DNA of 64,000 nucleotides, from the NCBI GenBank assembly GCA_965223855.1, contig CBDCXM010000009.1, positions 2,144,001 to 2,208,000 of the forward strand, read 5' to 3'. The DNA is from Candidatus Multivoradales bacterium. GTDB lineage: Bacteria > Acidobacteriota > Thermoanaerobaculia > Multivoradales > JAHEKO01. Under the pieces are notes generated by a model that had not been told where the DNA came from, made no database searches, and worked only from the letters and a program-made list of their open reading frames with translations. This document shows positions 57,883 to 64,000 of the stretch, in pieces. The translations under genes and the position numbers were made by a program. The stretch's first letter is position 1; each line of letters starts with the position of its first letter.

Positions 57883-59619
57883 TCAGTCGGAAGCGGACTC
57901 GGCGTCTTCCTGTTCCAGCTCGATGCGCAGGTGGAGGAGCACGTCCTGAAGGCGATCGATCGCCTCCAGGCTCCACTGAATGTCGCGCTGCTGGTGGAGA
58001 ACCCGGTTGCGCTCGTCGCGGACCTGGAGGTCGAGAGAGATCTGCCGGGCGCGGGAAAGATCGTCGCCGGCCAGAGCGACCACCAGATCCTGGTCGATGT
58101 GACGTCGGCCGTTGGTCGCCGCGAGCTCCTCGACGGCTTCTGCGGTCGCCTCGTCGGGCACGTCCTGTGCCTCGTCTTCGTCCTCGGACGCGGCAGGCTC
58201 TTCGTCCGGCGAGTCCTGCGCCGCGGCGGTGGCACGCTCCTCTGCGTCGTCTCGCGCTTTCTCGTCCGCCTCGGCGAGAGCTGCCTCCACCGGGGCGTCC
58301 TCCGGGGCGTCGTCCGCGGCCGACTCTTCGGTCTGCTCGGGCTTGCCGGCCTCGTCCGCAGCCGTCTCCTCGCTCGCAGCCTCCACCGAGTCGGCCTCGT
58401 CTTCGACCGGGTCGGAGGAGGGCTCCGCGTCGACCTCCGCCTCTTCCGCGGCCTCTTCCTGAACCGCGGCGAGCCGCTCGTCCTCAGGGACGACGGCGTC
58501 TTCGGCCGCGCTCTCGCTCTCGGCCGGCTCGCCTTCTTCCGGCTCACCTTCTGCGAACTCGGCCTCGGGCTCCTCGTCGGGCTTGGCGTCGACCAGTTCG
58601 GTTTCCACGCGCGGACGTGACGGTGGTGCACCGCCATCGAGAGCGTCCAGCGCCATGTCCTCGATTTCGTCGTCGGTCGGGGTTTCGTCGGCCGCCTCTG
58701 CCGCCGTCTCCTCAGCTTCGCCGTCGGCGGAATCCTCCGGAGCGGTTGCGATCGACTCGGGCTCGGATCGGGCCTCGGGCTCGGACTGAGACTCGGGCTC
58801 GGGCTGGGACTCGGGCTCGGAATCGGACGAAGCGACCTCTGCCGTTTCCTCCTCGGCTGCAGGCTCCTCGGCCGCCGTGTCCGCTTCGACTTCGGGCGTC
58901 GCCGACACAGCGGCCTCTGCCGGGAAGTCCGCTTCGGCCGCGGTCGTCTCGTCGAGCGCTTCCGGTACCGGCTCGGGCGTCGGTTCTACGATCGTCGGCC
59001 CCGGCGGGGTCAGTGTCTCGGGAACCCCGTCCTCGAGCTGCTGCTTGAGCGAGATGAGGGTCAGCTTGGAGATCTCGCGCAGCACCTCGAAGATGCCTTC
59101 GCCCGAGATCGCCGAGGTCTCGAACTCCGGCCAGCCATTGCTGTTCAGGGCCTCCCGCAGTTCGGCGACCGAGCAGACCTCCGGCAGGTCACGCTTGTTG
59201 TACTGCAGGACGAGCGGGATCTCGTCGATGTCGATGCCGAGTTCCTCGAGATTCACCTCGAGGTTGCGGAACGACTCGACGTTCGACGGCAGCATCGCCG
59301 GCTGAGAGTCGGCGACGAAGACGATGCCGTCCACTCCCTTGAGAACCAGCCGCCTCGTGCTGTTGTAGAAGACCTGGCCGGGCACCGTGTAGAGCTGTAT
59401 GCGGGTGTGAAAGCCCGCTACGGTGCCGACTTCGAGCGGCAGGAGATCGAAGAAGAGCGTCCGGTCGGTCTCGGTCGCGAGCGAGACCATCTTGCCCCGT
59501 GCGTCGGGCCGGGTGTGGTGGAAGACGTACTTGAGGCTGGTCGTCTTGCCACACAGGCCAGGCCCGTAATAGACGACTTTCGCCGACATCTGGCGAGTGC
59601 TGAAATTGAACGATGCCAT
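57883..59619 (-). CDS. mglA: MglA-family small GTPase with long acidic low-complexity extension
   Basis: KVVYYGPGLCGKTT, DRTLFFD, YTVPGQVFY, GVDGIVFVADS, QYNKRD; then >300 aa E/D/A/P-rich. Confidence 0.88.
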   Translation of the reverse strand: MASFNFSTRQMSAKVVYYGPGLCGKTTSLKYVFHHTRPDARGKMVSLATETDRTLFFDLLPLEVGTVAGFHTRIQLYTVPGQVFYNSTRRLVLKGVDGIVFVADSQPAMLPSNVESFRNLEVNLEELGIDIDEIPLVLQYNKRDLPEVCSVAELREALNSNGWPEFETSAISGEGIFEVLREISKLTLISLKQQLEDGVPETLTPPGPTIVEPTPEPVPEALDETTAAEADFPAEAAVSATPEVEADTAAEEPAAEEETAEVASSDSEPESQPEPESQSEPEARSEPESIATAPEDSADGEAEETAAEAADETPTDDEIEDMALDALDGGAPPSRPRVETELVDAKPDEEPEAEFAEGEPEEGEPAESESAAEDAVVPEDERLAAVQEEAAEEAEVDAEPSSDPVEDEADSVEAASEETAADEAGKPEQTEESAADDAPEDAPVEAALAEADEKARDDAEERATAAAQDSPDEEPAASEDEDEAQDVPDEATAEAVEELAATNGRRHIDQDLVVALAGDDLSRARQISLDLQVRDERNRVLHQQRDIQWSLEAIDRLQDVLLHLRIELEQEDAESASD

Positions 59620-59848
59620 CGGTGTTCCTGTCCGACGTAGGTAGCGGCGCGAACCGACACGCCTCCTCGCCGTCCTCCCAAAAGGACGTCCGGCCGAGGA
59701 TGGTAGCACTGTTGAGGCTCGTGCACGCGTGGAAACGAGCACGTTCCTCGCGGCGACCCGCCGCCGTGAAAACGGTTACAATCCCTGGTTGCTCGCCGCG
59801 GTCGCGCCGTCCGCGCGCCCGCGAGCGGGCACAGCCTCCGGAGCTTCC

Positions 59849-60922
59849 GTGCCCGACTCCACTGCAGCGACCGCCAAGCCACTTTCGCCGAGGGACGAAG
59901 AGATCCTCAAGGACGTCGTGCGCGAGTTCATCGTGCGCGGTGCCCCGGTGAGCTCGCGAACGGTGGCGAAGGATCCGCGCCTCGGGCTTTCCGCAGCGAC
60001 CGTTCGCAACACGATGGCCGACCTGGAGGAGGCGGGGTACCTGTTGCAGCCTCACACGTCGGCCGGCAGGGTGCCGACGGAGGCGGGCTATCACGCCTAC
60101 ATCGACTCGCTTCCGGGCAGGGAGGGCATCGCCGAGGAGGAGCGTCGGCGGATCGATCGCGAACTGCCGGAGAACTCCGATGGCGAGGAGCTGGTCGAGA
60201 GGGCGGGACAGATGCTCTCCGAACTGACCGATCAGATCGGCATCGTCCTGACTCCGGCGATGGGAGAGACGGTGCTGCGCGAAGTGTCGCTGGTCGGTCT
60301 CTCGGAGGCGCGCGTTCTGTGTGTGGTCGTCTCCGCCGACGGTTTCGTCGATCACAAGATCGTCCAGCTCGAAGGCGCGGCGACGCGCGAGGAGCTGGTC
60401 GAGGCTTCGAACTACCTCAACAGCACGTTCGCCGGAATGACCCTCGGCGAAGCGCGGGAGCGGCTGCTGCGGAGGATGGCGGAAGAACGGGCGCAGGTCG
60501 ATCGCCTGCTCGGGCGGACCCTGGCGGTAGCCCATCAGGCACTGGCGGACAGCGATGCACACGACGTCGTCGTGCAGGGGACTTCCGTGGTGCTGACCCG
60601 GCCCGAACTCGCGGACGTCGAGCGGGTGCGGCGGCTGGTCGACAAGTTCGACGATCGGGCGCGACTGGTGTCGCTCCTGAATCAACTCATCGACGGACGG
60701 GGGGTGAGGGTCGTGATCGGGGACGAGAGCGACCTGACCTCGGACGTCGATTTCAGTCTCGTCTCGAGGACCTACCGGGCGGGGAATCGCAGTGTTGGTA
60801 GCGTGGGCGTCTTCGGCCCATCGCGGATGGAGTACGGAAAGGTCATCCCGCTGGTCGACTATCTCGGGGAGCGGCTCAGCCGCGCCCTGCAGTCGCCGGG
60901 AGAGGCCGGATCCCGCCTGTGA
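59849..60922 (+). CDS. hrcA: Heat-inducible transcription repressor HrcA (start uncertain)
   Basis: PVSSR, SAATVRN.MADLE..GYL.QPHTSAGRVPT..GY, GP.RM.Y. Confidence 0.95.
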   Translation: MPDSTAATAKPLSPRDEEILKDVVREFIVRGAPVSSRTVAKDPRLGLSAATVRNTMADLEEAGYLLQPHTSAGRVPTEAGYHAYIDSLPGREGIAEEERRRIDRELPENSDGEELVERAGQMLSELTDQIGIVLTPAMGETVLREVSLVGLSEARVLCVVVSADGFVDHKIVQLEGAATREELVEASNYLNSTFAGMTLGEARERLLRRMAEERAQVDRLLGRTLAVAHQALADSDAHDVVVQGTSVVLTRPELADVERVRRLVDKFDDRARLVSLLNQLIDGRGVRVVIGDESDLTSDVDFSLVSRTYRAGNRSVGSVGVFGPSRMEYGKVIPLVDYLGERLSRALQSPGEAGSRL

Positions 60923-60932
60923 GGGAGGAGTC

Positions 60933-61595
60933 ATGACGGAAGAACCGAGAGAGGCAGCAGAGGGTGGCGCGGCAGAGGAAGAGCCTCTCGAACTCGACAC
61001 CAACACTTCGGACGAACTGGACGAGGTGATGAGAGAGGCGTTGGAAGCGGTCGAGTCGAGCGGCGATCGCGCGACCGCCGTGGCGACACGGGAGCTCGCC
61101 GAGGCCGAAGAGGCGGCCGAGGCCGCTTCGGAGGAGCACGACTATCGGGCGCTCGCCGCCGAGTATCGGGAGCGGTCGCTGCGTACGCTGGCCGACTTCG
61201 AGAACTTCCGGAAGAGGGTGCAGCGGGAAAGGCAGGATGCGGCGAAGTTCCGGACCTTCGAGGCGATGAGGGACTTTCTCGCCGTCGTCGACAATCTCGA
61301 GAGGGCGCTGGCGGCTCCGGGCGACGTCGAAGACCTGAAGCAGGGAGTCGGAATGATCCTCAAGCAGATGGAGGGTCTCCTGCGTGAGAACGCCGTGGTG
61401 AGGGTCGAGTCGGAGGGCAAGCCGTTCGATCCGAGCGTGCACGACGCCGTCTCCCGGCACGAGACTCCCGAAGTGAGCGAGCCGACCGTGAGCGAGGAAC
61501 TCCAGGCCGGCTACACCATGCACGAACGGCTGATTCGCCCCGCGCGGGTCAAGGTGGCGATGCCGGCGGGCGGCCGCCGGTCGGAGGAGGCCTGA
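60933..61595 (+). CDS. grpE: Nucleotide exchange factor GrpE
   Basis: ADFENFRKR, DNLERAL, FDP..H.A, GY....R..RPARV.V. Confidence 0.95.
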   Translation: MTEEPREAAEGGAAEEEPLELDTNTSDELDEVMREALEAVESSGDRATAVATRELAEAEEAAEAASEEHDYRALAAEYRERSLRTLADFENFRKRVQRERQDAAKFRTFEAMRDFLAVVDNLERALAAPGDVEDLKQGVGMILKQMEGLLRENAVVRVESEGKPFDPSVHDAVSRHETPEVSEPTVSEELQAGYTMHERLIRPARVKVAMPAGGRRSEEA

Positions 61596-61639
61596 TGATC
61601 GTCGGGGCGGCTCGAACACCGGGGAGGGAGGGCGACTAG

Positions 61640-63475
61640 ATGGGTAAGGTTCTGGGCATCGACCTCGGAACGACCTACTGCTGCGCTGCGGTCGTGGACG
61701 TGGCGGCACCTCGGGTGCTGTCGAACCGCGAGGGGACCCGCACCACAGCGTCGATCGTCGCCTTCACGGACGAAGACGATCGCCTGGTCGGACAGATCGC
61801 GAAGCGGCAGGCGATCACCAATCCGCAGCACACGGTCTACGCGGTCAAGCGGCTGATCGGGCGCAAGTTCGCCGACCCCGAGGTCCAGCGGGCTCGCGAG
61901 CTGTTGCCCTATCCGCTGGTGGAGTCCGAGAACGGCGACGTCAAGATCCAGGTTCGCGACCACCAGTACAGCCCGGAGGAGATCTCCGCCTTCATCCTGC
62001 GCGAGATCAAGGGGTTCGCCGAGGAAGTGCTCGGCGAGTCGGTGGAAGAGGCGATCATCACCGTGCCCGCCTACTTCAACGACTCCCAGCGCCAGGCCAC
62101 GCGCGACGCAGGCAGGGTCGCCGGCCTCGAGGTGCTTCGGATCATCAACGAGCCGACCGCAGCGGCGCTCGCCTACGGGGTCGAACGGCAGGGGCCGGAT
62201 CGCACCATCGCCGTCTACGACCTGGGCGGCGGCACGTTCGACATCTCGATTCTCGAGATGTCGCAGGGGATCTTCGAAGTCAAGGCGACGTCGGGTGACA
62301 CCTTCCTCGGAGGTGAGGACTTCGACCAGCTCATCATGGACCACCTGATCTCGCAGTTTCAGGACGACACCGGGATCGATATCCGCACCGACCGCATGGC
62401 GCTGCAGCGCCTCAAAGAGGCGGCGGAGAGAGCGAAGTGCGAACTCTCGGTGGCCGAAGAGGCGCCGATCAACCTGCCGTTCATCTCGGCCGGCAAGGAA
62501 GGCCCGGTGCACCTGTCCACGGCGATCACCCGCGAGAAGTTCGAGGAACTCGTCGGTCCGCTCGTGGCGCGCACCGAGGAGCCGTGCCGGGAAGCGCTCA
62601 AGTCGGCCGGGTTGCGCAAGGAGGAGATCGACGAAGTGCTCCTCGTCGGCGGTCAGACGCGCAGCCCGATCGTGGCGCGCACGGTGGAGAGGATCTTCGG
62701 CAAGCCGCCGAACCGCGACATCAATCCCGACGAGGTCGTGGCGATGGGCGCCGCCATCCAGGGCGGCATCCTCAAGGGGGACATCAAGGACATCATCCTG
62801 CTCGACGTCACACCGCTGTCGCTCGGCGTCGAGACTCACGGCGGTCTGTTCACCAAGCTGATCGAGCGCAACTCGACGATCCCGACCCGCGCGACGCAGA
62901 TCTTCACCACCGTTGTCGACAACCAGGACACCGTGGAGATTCACGTCCTCCAGGGCGAGCGCGACATCGCCAACGAGAACAAGTCTCTCGGCCGTTTCGA
63001 GTTGGTCGGTGTGCCCCCGGCGCCTCGCGGCGTGCCCCAGATCGAGGTCAACTTCGCCATCGACTCGAACGGCATCGTCGCCGTCTCGGCACGCGATCTG
63101 GCGACCAACAAGTCGCAGAGCGTGCAGATCAATCCCGCCGGAGGGCTCAGCCGCGACGAGATCGACCGCCTGGTCGAGGAGGCGGAGGAGCATTCCGCCG
63201 CCGACAACCAGCGTCGTCAGGTGCGGAGGCTTCGCAACCGTCTCGAGGGCCTGATCTACGTCAACGAGAAGGTGTTCGAGCGCTTTCAGGAGGTCCTCAA
63301 CGCCGAAGATCGCCGTCGGGTCCGTGAGAAGGTGAACAAGGCGCGGGCAGCGCTCACGAGCGATGACCGCGCCGACCTGGAGGCGTCGATCTTCGACCTC
63401 AACTCGATCTCCAGCGACCTGTCCGATCTGATGCTCGGACAAGGCGGCAAGGACGAGATCGAAGTTTCGGAATAG
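61640..63475 (+). CDS. dnaK: Chaperone DnaK (Hsp70)
   Basis: [54 protein letters not shown]. Confidence 0.96.
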   Translation: MGKVLGIDLGTTYCCAAVVDVAAPRVLSNREGTRTTASIVAFTDEDDRLVGQIAKRQAITNPQHTVYAVKRLIGRKFADPEVQRARELLPYPLVESENGDVKIQVRDHQYSPEEISAFILREIKGFAEEVLGESVEEAIITVPAYFNDSQRQATRDAGRVAGLEVLRIINEPTAAALAYGVERQGPDRTIAVYDLGGGTFDISILEMSQGIFEVKATSGDTFLGGEDFDQLIMDHLISQFQDDTGIDIRTDRMALQRLKEAAERAKCELSVAEEAPINLPFISAGKEGPVHLSTAITREKFEELVGPLVARTEEPCREALKSAGLRKEEIDEVLLVGGQTRSPIVARTVERIFGKPPNRDINPDEVVAMGAAIQGGILKGDIKDIILLDVTPLSLGVETHGGLFTKLIERNSTIPTRATQIFTTVVDNQDTVEIHVLQGERDIANENKSLGRFELVGVPPAPRGVPQIEVNFAIDSNGIVAVSARDLATNKSQSVQINPAGGLSRDEIDRLVEEAEEHSAADNQRRQVRRLRNRLEGLIYVNEKVFERFQEVLNAEDRRRVREKVNKARAALTSDDRADLEASIFDLNSISSDLSDLMLGQGGKDEIEVSE

Positions 63476-63478
63476 CCG

Positions 63479-64000
63479 GTGAGCGCGAGGGACTACTACG
63501 AGGTGCTCGGCGTCGAGCGGGACGCCGATGCGCGAGCGATCAAGGCGGCCTACCGCAAGCTCGCCGTGCGGTTCCACCCGGATCGCAATCCCGGCGATGC
63601 CGAGGCGGAGGCGAAGTTCAAGGAGGCGTCCGAGGCGTACGCCGTGCTCTCCGATGCCGACAAGCGCGCCCGCTACGATCGATTCGGCCATCGGTCGGGC
63701 GGCGGTCCGGCCGGCTTCGACCCGGAGACGTTCAGCGATTTCGCCGACATCCTCGGCGACTTCTTCGGCTCCGGTTTCGCCGACCTCTTCGGCGGCCGTC
63801 GCGCCCGCCGCGGCCCACGGCCCGGGGCGGACCTGCGCTACGAGCTGCTGCTGACCCTCGAGGAGGCGGCGTTCGGAGTCGAGCGCACCCTGGAGATTCC
63901 CCGTCTCGAGACCTGCGGATCGTGTACCGGCAGCGGCGCCGGCGAAGGGAGCCGCCCCCAGCAGTGCTCGGCCTGCGGCGGCCGAGGACAGGTGCGCGTG
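63479..64000 (+). CDS. dnaJ: Chaperone DnaJ, 3'-truncated by window edge
   Basis: GTG start, MSARDYYEVLGV..AYRKLA..FHPDRNPGD, G/F-rich region, CxxCxGxG repeats. Confidence 0.96.
   Translation, partial: MSARDYYEVLGVERDADARAIKAAYRKLAVRFHPDRNPGDAEAEAKFKEASEAYAVLSDADKRARYDRFGHRSGGGPAGFDPETFSDFADILGDFFGSGFADLFGGRRARRGPRPGADLRYELLLTLEEAAFGVERTLEIPRLETCGSCTGSGAGEGSRPQQCSACGGRGQVRV

Noticed and set aside
59595-59603. GAGTGCTGA CIRCE right half-site
   Set aside because: Inside the mglA coding sequence with no matching left half 9 nt upstream

Overview
A GC-rich bacterial chromosomal window made up mostly of housekeeping and envelope genes. GWxTD, VWA, CRTAC1/ASPIC-UnbV and TPR-multiheme genes suggest an Acidobacteriota-like organism (inference). 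Contents: a LOG/MBL/gap/pfkB operon, a GldA/F/G-like ABC system, class II ribonucleotide reductase with tandem NrdR boxes (nrdR is also in the window), folE, fabH-like, lgt, UDP-sugar genes, MlaFED, Mrp, lpxH, aroA, a sigma54 activator, peptide ABC permeases, thiL-lon-nrdR-mglA and hrcA-grpE-dnaK-dnaJ. I saw no mobile elements, CRISPR arrays, rRNA or tRNA. Highlights: (1) a CxxU SelW/Rdx selenoprotein with a SECIS-like hairpin (20348-20581, minus), missed by the ORF track; (2) a candidate sigma54-driven ~110-nt sRNA converging on it, with an upstream dyad; (3) a basic protein alternating AT-hook motifs with duplicated HTH domains, preceded by a ~360-nt nested-stem non-coding region; (4) an archaeal-type (class II) GAPDH homologue alongside a normal class I gap; (5) a degenerate ClpX-like ATPase; (6) an MglA GTPase with a very long acidic tail; (7) a frameshifted RlmD-family gene. 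All family calls come from motif recognition by eye; no database searches were run.
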